Program-made: the position numbers and the translations under genes | Shown: in pieces, positions 1 to 13,400 of the stretch | How the letters are laid out: each line of letters opens with the position of its first letter | How positions within the stretch are numbered: the stretch's first letter is position 1 | DNA from: an uncultured Spirochaetota bacterium | Lineage (GTDB): Bacteria; Spirochaetota; Brevinematia; Brevinematales; JAOACQ01 | DNA length: 64,000 nt | Assembly: GCA_963783575.1 (NCBI GenBank) | Contig: CAWAOD010000011.1 | Span: 1-64,000 of the forward strand | Direction of reading: 5' to 3' | The notes under the pieces: model-generated | Databases searched by the model: none | Told to the model about the DNA's origin: nothing | The model's input: the letters and a program-made list of their open reading frames with translations, nothing else

Positions 1-3000
1 GTCGGCAAGGGATGAGGAAAGATTGAAGGAAAGGGCGAAAGATCTTATCAAAGCGATAGAGAAAGACGGCTATGGTGAAGAGGAACTGGCAAATATAGCA
101 TACACGCTGCAGGCAGGGCGGGAAGGGATGGAAGAAAGGGTAGGTTTCACCGCGGGGACATTGGAAGAGATGAAAGGGAAACTGAATGATTATATAAACG
201 GAGGAGGGAAAGAAGAGGTATACCGAGGTTCGGTGAAGAGGATAAGGAGGCATTAAGTCTGTTTACAGCGGATGAAGATTTACAAAAGGCGATAGACAGC
301 TGGATAGGCAAGAGGAAATATGAGAAATTGCTGGATATATGGGTGAAGGGGTTGGTATTTGACTGGAACAGGATATATGGAGAAGAAAAGCCATTAAAGA
401 TAAGCCTGCCGACGTATCCATTTGCGAGGGAGAGGTATTGGGTAGAGACGAAAGGAGAAAGTTGGGAAGGGAGCGGAAATTCAGTAAAGAAGCTTCACCC
501 GATGTTGCATGGAACACGTCAGACTTAATGGAGCAGAGGTTTAGCAGCGTATTTACCGGGGAAGAGTTTTATCTTGAGGACCATAAGGTAAATGGGAAGA
601 AGATGTTGCCTGGAGTGGCAAATTGAGAAATGGCGAGGGCGGCGGTAGAATGGGCAGCCAGGGTTGAAAAAGGCGGGAACGAGGAGATACGGCTGAAGGA
701 TGGGGCATGGGCGAGGCCAGTGGTGGTGGGAGAAAAAGCGGTAAAGGTAAACATCGGGTTATACCCAAATGAAAAGGGAGAAATAGAGTATGAGATATAT
801 AGTGAAATCGGTGAAGGAGAGGCGGTGGTACACAGCGAGGGAAAGGTAGAGATAGGAGAAAGTAAGGGAGAGACAGCGATAGATATAAAAGGACTTCAGG
901 AACGGAAATGGGAAAGGGAGTTATCAGGAAAAGAATGTTATGTAGCATTCAGAGGAATGGGAATAGAGTATGGTGCGGGGCATCGTGGTCTTGAAGAGGT
1001 ATATGGCGGGAAAGGCGAGGCATTGGCGAGGATAAAAATGCCTGTAGCGGTCGTGGAAAAGGCGGAGGAGTATGTGCTGCATCCGTCGATTATGGACTCG
1101 GCATTTCAGGGGGTAATAGGCCTGTTGGGAGGAAAAGGAGAGAGTGGAGCGATGGTTCCGTTTGCTATGGATTCCATAGAGATCAAGGGAGAATGCGGAC
1201 AAACGATGTGGGCGGTGTTAAGGTATGGGGAAGGGGGCAAAGGAAAGAAAATCGACATAGATGTATGCGATGAAGAGGGCAGGGTCAGTGTCCGAGTGAA
1301 AGGGTTGACGATGATGGCGATTGAAGGAAAAGAGAGAAATGGATTACTGATGCTGGAATCGGTATGGAAGGAAGAGGCTGCGGCAGGGGAAACGGCGGTG
1401 GAAGAGTATGCGGAACGAGTGGTGTTCCTGTACGAGCCGGAGGGAGTGAAGGCAGAGGATATAGAGCCCGGGTAAAGGGTGTAAGATGCATAGTGATGAG
1501 TGAGGGAAAGAAGAAAGAAGGAATAGACGAGAGGTACCAGAGATACGCGAAGGGGATGATGGAAGAGATCCAGGGGATAATTGGGAGGAAAAGGGAAGGG
1601 CGGATAATGTTACAGGGAGTAATAACCGGAGAAGGAGAGAAGCGGCTGTTTTCGGGACTAATGGGAATAATGAAGACTGCAAACCAGGAGAACTCGAGGA
1701 TAAAGTGTCAGATGATAGAAGTGGAAGAGGGAGAAAACGGAGAAGGGGTAGCGGCAAAGCTGGAAGAGAATGCTGAATTAGCAGAGATGTCGCATATCAG
1801 GTATAGAGAAGGGAAGAGATGGGTAGAGGAATTAAAGGAAGTAGAAGGAAGCGGAGAAGAAGCAGTGATACCGTGGAAAGAAGGCGGAGTCTACCTGATA
1901 ACTGGAGGGATGGGTGGGCTGGGGCAAATATTTACCGGGGAGATAGCGAAAAAAACGAAGGGAGCGGTTTTGGTATTAACGGGCAGGTCAGCTTTAAGCG
2001 ATGAGAAATGTGCCTGGCTGGAGGAATTAGGGGAGAAAGGAACGAAAGCGGAATATATACAGGCAGATGTGAGCCGGAAAGAGGAAGCGGAAGGATTGAT
2101 GAGGTGCATAGAAGAGAAGTATGGAAAACTTGATGGGATCATACACAGTGCTGGAGTGACGCGGGATAGTTTTCTTTTGAAGAAGAGTATGAAGGAAGCG
2201 GAAGAGGTGATGAGTCCGAAGGTAAAAGGAGTAGTAAACCTGGCGGAAGCGAGCGCTGGTATGAACCCAGGGATATTCATAATGTTTTCATCGATAGCGG
2301 GAGTGACAGGGAATGTTGGGCAGGCGGATTATGCGGCCGCGAATGGATTTATGGATGCCTATGCGAAGTATCGAAATGAGGAAGTAAGAGAAAAGCGGAA
2401 AGAAGGCAGGACGGTATCGATCGACTGGCCGTTATGGAAAGATGGAGGGATGAAAGTTGACGGGGAAAGAGAGAAGATGGTGATGAGGCAGACGGGAATG
2501 AATGCTATGGAGACGGAAAGCGGAATAAAGGCCTTGTACCGGATTATGACGATGGATAAAGACCAGGTTATGGTACTGGAAGGCGATATAGGGCGTATGA
2601 GAAGAATGATGATTTCGGCAGCAGGAACTACCGGTGAAGAAAAGTTAGCGTCAGCCGGAAAAGAAGAAGAAAAAGCAATACCTATGGTAGAGATTGAAGA
2701 AGTCCGTGAAAAGGCAATTAGATATTTCAAGAAAGTGCTATCGTCAGTGTTAAAACTGCCTGCGCAGAAAATAGAAGCGGAAGCGGCGTTAGAACGATAC
2801 GGCATTGATTCTATTATGATAATGCAGATAACCAATGAATTGGAGGAGGTATTCGGCCCGCTATCGAAAACGCTGTTTTTCGAATATGGTGATATAAGGA
2901 GCTTAACGGAATATTTTATAAAAAACTATCGAGGTAAGTTGATTGAACTATTGGGAAGCGGTGAAAAGGAGGCGATGGCGGTAGAAGATACGATAAGTTC

Positions 3001-6000
3001 GGCGACAGGACAGGTAAAAAAGACGATCAGAGAGCGGAGACAAGCACGGTTTCTGAGTAGCGGCATAGATAAAAAGGAAGTCAAGAGGGAAAGGGAAATA
3101 GCGATCATAGGGATATCGGGGCGGTATCCCGGAGCGAGAGATGTAGAGGAATTCTGGGAAAACCTGAGGAACGGGAGAGATTGTATAACAGAGATACCGG
3201 AAAGCAGGTGGGATTGGAAGGAATATTATAATGAGGATAAGAATAAGCTTGGTAAAACATATAGTAAATGGGGTGGGTTTCTTGAAGGAGTAGATAAATT
3301 CGATCCGTTATTTTTCAATATATCGCCTCGTGAAGCGGAGATAATGGATCCGCAGGAGAGATTATTCTTAGAATGTGTGTATAAGACAATGGAGGATGCG
3401 GGATATACGCGGGAAAATGTTGTAAAGAAGGGGGGAGATGGACTGGGGAGCAAAGTAGGTGTATATGCCGGGGTGATGTATGAGGAGTATCAGTTGTATG
3501 GGGCGCAGGAACAGACACATGGGAGCATGGTTGCACTTAGTGGGAATGCCTCCTCGATAGCGAACCGGGTGTCCTATCTTTTCAATTTTCAAGGACCTAG
3601 CATGGCGGTGGATACGATGTGTTCATCATCGCTGACGGCGATCCATCTGGCATGTCAAAGTATAGAGAGAGGGGAGTGCGAAGTCGCGATAGCAGGGGGA
3701 GTGAATGTTTCAGTGCATCCGAATAAGTACCTGTTTCTTTCGCAGGGCAAGTTTGTATCGAGCAAGGGGAGGTGTGAAAGTTTTGGGAAAGGTGGGGACG
3801 GGTATGTACCCGGTGAGGGAGTAGGAGCGGTGTTACTTAAACCCTTGATAAAAGCAGAGGATGAGGGAGATCATATTTATGGAGTGATCAGGGGGAGCAT
3901 GATAAACGCGGGAGGAAAGACGAACGGATATACGGTACCTAGCCCAGCGGCGCAGGGGGAAGTGATTAGAGCAGCGATGGAGAGGGCTGGAGTGGACGCG
4001 CGATCGATCAGTTATATAGAAGCGCATGGAACAGGGACATCGCTTGGAGACCCAATTGAGATAGCTGGGTTAACGAGGGCGTTCCGGCAATATACGGAGG
4101 AAAAGCAATATTGTGCGATAGGCTCGGTGAAGTCGAACATAGGACATTGTGAGAGTGCGGCGGGGATAGCGGCGTTGACGAAGGTGCTGCTGCAGATGAA
4201 GTATGGGGAATTGGTGGCAAGCCTGCATTCCGAGGAATTGAATCCGAATATAAATTTCAGTGAGACGCCGTTCGTAGTGCAGCAGGAACTGGCAGAATGG
4301 AAGAGAGAGGGAGGAAAACCAAGGATAGCGGGGATATCGTCGTTTGGAGCGGGAGGAGCGAACGCGCATATCATAATAGAAGAATATGTTGACAACAGAG
4401 AAAAAATCGTGGGAGCAAGAGTGAAAGTGAACAATCCTGCGATCATAGTACTGTCGGCAAGGGATGAGGAAAGATTGAAGGAAAGGGCGAAAGATCTTAT
4501 CAAAGCGATAGAGAAAGACGGCTATGGTGAAGAGGAACTGGCAAATATAGCATACACGCTGCAGGCAGGGCGGGAAGGGATGGAAGAAAGGGTAGGTTTC
4601 ACCGCGGGGACATTGGAAGAGATGAAAGGGAAACTGAATGATTATATAAACGGAGGAGGGAAAGAAGAGGTATACCGAGGTTCGGTGAAGAGGAATAAGG
4701 AGGCATTAAGTCTGTTTACAGCGGATGAAGATTTACAAAAGGCGATAGACAGCTGGATAGGCAAGAGGAAATATGAGAAATTGCTGGATATATGGGTGAA
4801 GGGGTTGGTATTTGACTGGAACAGGATATATGGAGAAGAAAAGCCATTAAAGATAAGCCTGCCGACGTATCCATTTGCGAGGGAGAGGTATTGGGTAGAG
4901 ACGAAAGGAGAAAGTTGGGAAGGGAGCGGAAATTCAGTAAAGAAGCTTCACCCGATGTTGCATGAGAACACGTCAGACTTAATGGAGCAGAGGTTTAGCA
5001 GCGTATTTACCGGGGAAGAGTTTTATCTTGAGGACCATAAGGTAAATGGGAAGAAGATGTTGCCTGGAGTGGCATATTTAGAAATGGCGAGGGCGGCGGT
5101 AGAATGGGCAGCCAGGGTTGAAAAAGGCGGGAACGAGGAGATACGGCTGAAGGATGTGGTATGGGCGAGGCCAGTGGTGGTGGGAGAAAAAGCGGTAAAG
5201 GTAAACATCGGGTTATACCCAAATGAAAAGGGAGAAATAGAGTATGAGATATATAGTGAAATCGGTGAAGGAGAGGCGGTGGTACACAGCGAGGGAAAGG
5301 TAGAGATAGGAGAAAGTAAGGGAGAGACAGCGATAGATATAAAAGGACTTCAGGAACGGAAATGGGAAAGGGAGTTATCAGGAAAAGAATGTTATGAAGC
5401 ATTCAGAGGAATGGGAATAGAGTATGGTGCGGGGCATCGTGGTCTTGAAGAGGTATATGGCGGGAAAGGCGAGGCATTGGCGAGGATAAAAATGCCTGTA
5501 GCGGTCGTGGAAAAGGCGGAGGAGTATGTGCTGCATCCGTCGATTATGGACTCGGCATTTCAGGGGGTAATAGGCCTGTTGGGAGGAAAAGGAGAGAGTG
5601 GAGCGATGGTTCCGTTTGCTATGGATTCCATAGAGATCAAGGGAGAATGCGGACAAACGATGTGGGCGGTGTTAAGGTATGGGGAAGGGGGCAAAGGAAA
5701 GAAAATCGACATAGATGTATGCGATGAAGAGGGCAGGGTCAGTGTCCGAGTGAAAGGGTTGACGATGATGGCGATTGAAGGAAAAGAGAGAAATGGATTA
5801 CTGATGCTGGAATCGGTATGGAAGGAAGAGGCTGCGGCAGGGGAAACGGCGGTGGAAGAGTATGCGGAACGAGTGGTGTTCCTGTACGAGCCGGAGGGAG
5901 TGAAGGCAGAGGATATAGAAGCCCGGGTAAAGGGTGTAAGATGCATAGTGATGAGTGAGGGAAAGAAGAAAGAAGGAATAGACGAGAGGTACCAGAGATA

Positions 6001-7044
6001 CGCGAAGGGGATGATGGAAGAGATCCAGGGGATAATTGGGAGGAAAAGGGAAGGGCGGATAATGTTACAGGGAGTAATAACCGGAGAAGGAGAGAAGCGG
6101 CTGTTTTCGGGACTAATGGGAATAATGAAGACTGCAAACCAGGAGAACTCGAGGATAAAGTGTCAGATGATAGAAGTGGAAGAGGGAGAAAACGGAGAAG
6201 GGGTAGCGGCAAAGCTGGAAGAGAATGCTGAATTAGCAGAGATGTCGCATATCAGGTATAGAGAAGGGAAGAGATGGGTAGAGGAATTAAAGGAAGTAGA
6301 AGGAAGCGGAGAAGAAGCAGTGATACCGTGGAAAGAAGGCGGAGTCTACCTGATAACTGGAGGGATGGGTGGGCTGGGGCAAATATTTACCGGGGAGATA
6401 GCGAAAAAAACGAAGGGAGCGGTTTTGGTATTAACGGGCAGGTCAGCTTTAAGCGATGAGAAATGTGCCTGGCTGGAGGAATTAGGGGAGAAAGGAACGA
6501 AAGCGGAATATATACAGGCAGATGTGAGCCGGAAAGAGGAAGCGGAAGGATTGATGAGGTGCATAGAAGAGAAGTATGGAAAACTTGATGGGATCATACA
6601 CAGTGCTGGAGTGACGCGGGATAGTTTTCTTTTGAAGAAGAGTATGAAGGAAGCGGAAGAGGTGATGAGTCCGAAGGTAAAAGGAGTAGTAAACCTGGCG
6701 GAAGCGAGCGCTGGTATGAACCCAGGGATATTCATAATGTTTTCATCGATAGCGGGAGTGACAGGGAATGTTGGGCAGGCGGATTATGCGGCCGCGAATG
6801 GATTTATGGATGCCTATGCGAAGTATCGAAATGAGGAAGTAAGAGAAAAGCGGAAAGAAGGCAGGACGGTATCGATCGACTGGCCGTTATGGAAAGATGG
6901 AGGGATGAAAGTTGACGGGGAAAGAGAGAAGATGGTGATGAGGCAGACGGGAATGAATGCTATGGAGACGGAAAGCGGAATAAAGGCCTTGTACCGGATT
7001 ATGACGATGGATAAAGACCAGGTTATGGTACTGGAAGGCGATAT
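1..7044 (+). repeat. Direct repeat with ~4455-bp period: 1-2589 recurs at 4453-7044 (KS flank-DH-KR)
   Basis: GTCGGCAAGGGATGAGGAAAG at 1 and 4453. Identity ends after GGAAGGCGATATA (2589/7044). Confidence 0.95.
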
Positions 7045-10000
7045 AAGCCAAATCAAAGGTAAAATATTTTCAAAAAAGAAAACGGTAGTAAATAAAATGG
7101 AAAAGAATATAAAAGTCATCAAGCATGAACTTCTTGAAAACATACAGAATGATTTAATGTTAATGTTATCAGGACTTCTTAAAGTTAAGATTGAAGATAT
7201 AGATATTGACAGTGAACTCAATGAATTTGGATTCGATTCTATCACTTTAACTAATTTTTCCAGTTTACTTAACAATGAATATGGTCTTGAACTTAGTCCA
7301 GATTTGTTTTTTGAATATCATAATCTAAGAAGTATTGCAGAACATTTAATAATCGAACATTATGAGGTATTTGAGCAGAAAAATGCAAAAAAGAAAACAG
7401 AACAGCCGGTGGTACAAGAGAGCAGAAAACTCCACACGCAGATTATGAGAACAGGGACATCATCTATATTAAGACAGTATAAAACCATAGATGAGCCTAT
7501 TGCTATTGTGGGAATAAGTGGAATATTTCCCGGGGCTAAAAATTTGAATGAGTTTTGGAATATTTTAATACAAGGAAAGGATTGTATTACAGAAATACCG
7601 GAAGATAGATGGGATTGGAAGAAATACTATGGAGATCCCCAAAAAGAAGCAAATAAGACGAATATAAAATGGGGAGGATTTATTGAAGGAGTCTATGAGT
7701 TTGATCCTTTATTCTTTGGAATATCTCCAAAAGAAGCCGAATTGATGGATCCTCAACAGCGTTTATTAATGATATATGTATGGAAAGTTATAGAGGATGC
7801 TGGATATTCAGCTGAAAGTTTGTCAGGAACCTTAACAGGAATTTTTGTGGGTACGGGTGGCAGTAACGGTTATGGAGATTTATTACGACAAGCTAACATA
7901 ATAGAAGGATATTCAACCACAGGGATTGTTCCTTCAGTGGGTCCAAATCGGATGAGTTTTTTTCTTGATATTCATGGACCTAGTGAACCTATTGAGACAG
8001 CATGTTCAAGCTCTTTAGTGGCAATTCATCGTGCTGTGAATGCTATAAGGGATGGAAGTTGCAATATGGCGATAGCAGGAGGAATTAATACAATAATCAG
8101 CCCAGATATGCATATTAGTTTCAATAAAGCCGGGATGCTTAGTATAGATGGAAGATGTAAAACTTTTTCAGATAAAGCTAATGGTTATGTAAGAGGTGAA
8201 GGAGTAGGGATGCTTTTTCTGAAAAAATTGAGTGAAGCTGAGAGGAATCGGGATCATATTTATGGATTAATTCAAAGTACTGCAGAAAATCATGGGGGGC
8301 GTTCTAAATCATTAACAGCTCCAAATCCGAAAGCACAGGCGGATGTTTTGATAGCAGCTTATAGTAAAGCTGGTATAGATCCTAGAACAGTCTCTTACAT
8401 TGAGGCGCATGGGACTGGAACACCGTTGGGTGATCCGATAGAGATTAACGGATTGAAAATGGCATTCAAAGAACTTTTTAAGACGAATGGAAGTAGTAAT
8501 AATAACAATGTTCATTGCGGATTGGGAACTGTTAAGAGTAATATTGGTCATTTAGAATTGGCCGCAGGGGTGGCAGGGGTGATTAAAGTCTTATTACAGT
8601 TAAAACATAAAACACTGGTGAAAAGCCTTCATTGTGAAACGCTTAATCCATACATTCAGCTTAATGACAGTCCATTTTATATTGTGCGAGATAATAGAGA
8701 CTGGAAGGCTTTGCGGGATGAAAAAGGAAATGATCTACCACGCAAAGCTGGAGTTAGTTCTTTTGGTTTTGGAGGAGTTAATGCACATATTGTAATCGAG
8801 GAATATATGAAGAAGCAAGAAAGGAAACCTGCCAGTATGAGTGAACAGACCCCCGTAATTATTCTTTTATCTGCCAAGGACGCTGAAAGACTCAAAGTGT
8901 ATGCGAGAGAATTATTGGAACATATTGAGATTGAAGGATATGAGGACGCTCGGCTTGCGGATATAGCATACACCCTTCAAGTAGGGCGTGAAGGAATGAA
9001 TGAAAGGCTTGGTTTTATAGCTAATTCGATGAAACAAATGAAAGAGAAGCTTGAAAGATATGTGAAGGGAACAGAAGAGATTGCTGAAATATATCGAGGA
9101 CAAGTGAAAGGGAATAAAGAAGCATTATCTATGTTGGCAGTGAATGAAGAAACGCAGGAATCGATAGAGAAATGGATCCAAAGTAAAGATTATAGAAAAA
9201 TTGTAGATCTGTGGGTAAAGGGAATTAATTTTGATTGGAATAAGTTATATGAGGCTAATAAACCCTATAAATTAAGCCTTCCGGGGTATCCATTCGCAAA
9301 AAAGAGGTACTGGATAAAGAGTGACATGGATAGACAAAAAGATAATAGTTCATTGAAACATTTGCATCCGATGCTACATGAAAACATTTCGAGTTTACTT
9401 GAATTCAGATTTTGTTCAGTATTTACTGGCAAAGAATTTTTCTTTGAGAACCACAGAATAAATGGTAGGAAGGTGCTGCCTGGTGTAGCGCATCTGGAGA
9501 TAGCTAGGGCAGCAGTGGCATATGCAGTTGAAGTAAAAAAAGGCACAAATGAGGAAATACACTTAAAGGATGTGGTATGGGCGAGACCTGTTATTGTGAT
9601 GGATGATCCGATAAAAGTAAATATCGGGCTGTTCCCCGATGAGAACGAAACTATCGAGTATGAAGTCTATAGTGAAAACAGCAATGGAGAGAAAGAGATA
9701 TACAGTAAGGGTATGGCTGAGGTAATAGAAGCGGAGGAAGAGGCTTTTATAGATATAAATGGATTTTTGGATCGGAAATGGGATAGGGTATTAAGTCCAA
9801 AAGATTGTTATGAAACCTTTAGTAGAATGGGGATAGAATATGGACCAGAGCATCGCGGGCTTGATGTGGTTTATGCAGGTAAGGGTGAGGTATTAGCTAG
9901 GATAAAAATGCCTGAGATGGTTGCGGGAAATGTTGGTGATTATATGTTGCATCCCTCAATGATGGATTCTGCGTTGCAGGCTATGATAGGTCTGCTGACG

Positions 10001-10309
10001 AGAGGCGAAGAAAGGGGGGTAATTATGCCTTTTTCCCTTGATTACATGGATATCAAGGAAGGCTGCGGACAAATGATGTGGGCTGTTTTGAGGGTTGGAG
10101 AAGGGGGTGAGGAGAAGAAAATTGATATAGATCTTTGCGATGATACAGGTAAGGTCTGTGTAAGAATGAAAGGATTGTCGCTACGGATTATTGAATTAGA
10201 AAATGCTTTTCCAATAAAGCATAATTCAAAACTTTCAATAAATGAAGTATTTTCCCAAGTACAAAAAGGTATCTTAGATGTTAATAGTGCATATAATATA
10301 TTAAATTAA
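1..10309 (+). CDS. trans-AT PKS gene A, 5'-partial: (KS flank)-DH-KR-ACP-KS-DH-KR-ACP-KS-DH-C-terminal docking helices
   Basis: ORF 1364-10309 plus upstream fragments. KS motifs DTMCSSS/ETACSSS, HGTGT, GHxE; DH HxxxGxxxxP and HPSxMD; KR GGMGGLG and YAAAN; ACP GIDS/GFDS; no AT domain. Breaks at ~241, ~511, ~624 and ~1465 are differences from the intact copy starting at 4453. Confidence 0.95.
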
Positions 10310-10467
10310 TTAAATATGAATAAAGAATATGGAAAATTGAGAGATATGATGTTCATTTTGCATATCAAAGAATAATTAAATAATAGTTTGTCTTATAAGT
10401 AATTACTGTATATAACTTAGTTTAATGTAATGGTGTTTGAAAAATACGTAATCTAAAGGGGATCTTT

Positions 10468-13400
10468 ATGGATTTATTTGAGATTTTACATGCGCTTAAA
10501 AATGGAGAGATAAGTATTAATGATGCAGAAGAAGAATACAAAATAATTCATGATAATAACTCAATAAAAAAAATTGATAAAGAACATGTGAAATTAAAAG
10601 ATGGCCCGGCTGTAATAAACAACATATTAACTGTTATATGGGAAGTGGAGAAATTAAAAAGTGCAGGGGTTTTAACCAGCAATACGAATAGAGTTCTCAT
10701 TATTGGTGGGACAGAGAAAAATTATAGAGCGATTGAGGCATATATATCGGGTTTGTGTAAAGTGGAAATTGGGACAGGGGAAGAGATAAGTACGATAACT
10801 GAAAAGATAAAGAAAGAAAATAAATTCGAACATATAGTGTGGATAGCGCCGCAGTATAAATTAGACAGTGTAGGAGATGATATTTTGATAAATGGTCAGG
10901 AAGAAGGGGTAATTCAATTATTTCGCTTTATAAAGGCAATGCTTAACCTTGGTTATGGGATGAAGGATCTGAGCTGGACAATAATAACTGAAAATACTCA
11001 GAGTATTGAAAGAGGAGATAAGGTGAATCCTCTACAAGCTAGCTTAGAAGGCTTGGTCGGGTCTATGGCAAAGGAGTATCCCTACTGGAAGGTTAGTTTA
11101 ATTGATTTGGAAAGTGAGTGTGAATGGCCGGTAGAAGAAATTTTCAGATTGGTAAGTAATCCCCAAGGGAACCAATTAGCATATAGGGGTGGAAAGTGGT
11201 ATCGGCAGAAATTAGCCGTGGTAAATTATCCGGAATTTAGCGGGACATTGTATCGAAAAGAAGGTATATATGTAATTATTGGAGGTGCCGGAGGTATCGG
11301 TGAAGTATGGAGTGAATATATGATACGGAACTATCATGCGAAGATTGTGTGGATAGGTCGGAGGAAGAAAAATGAGGACATACAATCGAAACTTGATAAA
11401 CTTGGAGTGATAGGAGAGGCACCTTGGTATATTAGCGCAGATGCAAAGAATAGGAAAGAAATGGAGGAGGTATATAAAGAAATAAAAAGTAGATACAAGG
11501 AAATTCATGGGGTGATCCATTCGGCGATAGTATTGCATGATCAAAGTTTGGCTCGAATGGAAGAAAAGCAATTCCATAATGGACTGTCAGTAAAGGTAGA
11601 CGTGAGTGTTAGGTTGGCTCAGATATTTAAAAATGAAAAATTAGATTTTGTGATGTTTTTTTCATCAATGCAATCATTTTTGAAAGCTGCCGGGCAGAGC
11701 AATTATGCATCTGGCTGTACATTCGAAGATGCCTTTGCTAAAAGGCTTGCTAAGGAATGGAACTGTGCCGTAAAAGTTATGAATTGGGGGTATTGGGGAA
11801 GTGTTGGTATAGTATCATCGAAAGAATATCAGGATAGGATGGACAAAACTGGGGTGGCTTCAATAGAACCTCCGGAAGCTATGGCTGCATTAGAAAAGCT
11901 GTTGTATGGTCAGATAGATCAAATTGCTTTATTAAAAACGAAGATACCGCTGACTCTAGATGGAAAGGCAAGTGAAGAATTCATAGATATAAAACCTGTG
12001 GGACCAGAGGTTGATGTAGAGAAAATTCAAGATTATATTGATAAGCAGGAGGAGTTACTTAAGCATATAAGGGACGAAGGTATACCAAAGCAAAAGAATT
12101 TAGAGGAAGTACTTTGTAAATTGTTATGGTATGAGTTACAGACAATGGGTTGGTTTAAAGAAAGTATTATGGATATAAATGAATTCAAGAAAAAAACAGG
12201 GTTAATTGAAAAATATGAAAGATGGCTTGATGAAAGCATTAGGATTCTAGAGAGGAATAAATTATCTTAAGATTGAAGGAACGTCTTGTATAGTGAGAGT
12301 TTCCAACCCGATGGACATAGAGGAAGCATGGAGCGATTGGAATAAGGGAAAAGCTGATTGGAATTTAATAGCAGGCATGAAAGCCCAGGTGGTATTAGTG
12401 GAAGCAATGTTGAAAAAATTAGTAAATATTCTAAAGGGAGAAGTAGCTGCGACATCAATAATGTTTCCGGGTTCATCAATGGAATTGGTTGAAGGGGTAT
12501 ATAGGAACAATGCGGTAGCGGATTACTTTAATGAGGTTATCAGTGGAGCTGTAGCAGGTTATATTGAAGAACGAATAAAACAAGATCCAAGAGCAAAAGT
12601 AAGAATTATTGAGATTGGGGCTGGAACAGGCGGGACCAGTAAAGCGGTATTCCGAAAGTTAAAGGGGTATAAGGATCATATTGAGGAATATTGCTATACA
12701 GATATATCAAAGGCTTTTTTAATATATGGAGAAAAAGAATTCTGGGTGGAGAATCCGTATTTAACCTATAAAATATTTAATGTGGAAGAAGCTGTAAATG
12801 GGCAAGGAATCTATACAGGGAGCTATGATATTGCTATAGCAGCAAATGTTCTACATGCAACCGAAAAATATTCGGCAAACGTTAAGGAATGTGAAAGCAT
12901 TACTAAGGAAAAATGGAGTTATTCAATTAAACGAGATAACAGGGAATAAAATATTTACACATCTGACATTTGGGCTTATGGAAGGGTGGTGGTCGTATGA
13001 AGATGAGGAATTGCGTATTCCAGGGAGACGGGATTATACTGAAGTTTGGGGAAAAGTGTGGAATGGGAAGGATTTAGGCATGTGAAATATCCAGTTTATA
13101 ATTCACATGAATTAGGACAGCAAATAATTTTTGCTGTTAGTGATGGTGTAGTGCGGCAAAAACAATTAAAATCTATTTTGAATATTTCAGAGATAAAAAA
13201 TGAAAATAAGTTAAATGATAATACTCATGAATTAAAGGAGAGAGATACAAAGCATGGAAATATTCAATTGAAAGATCGAATAATTGAAGACCACATTAGA
13301 GAAACAATTATTGGAAAAATATCGGAATCATTAAAGGTGGATAATAATCTTATTGATGCTGATGACCACTTTTCAGAATATGGTATTGACTCAATTATAG

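Noticed and set aside
1..1475. Pseudogenised first PKS module
   Set aside because: The defects are single-base differences from intact copies, in a sequence with indels in many unrelated genes. Consensus error is more likely, though not proven.
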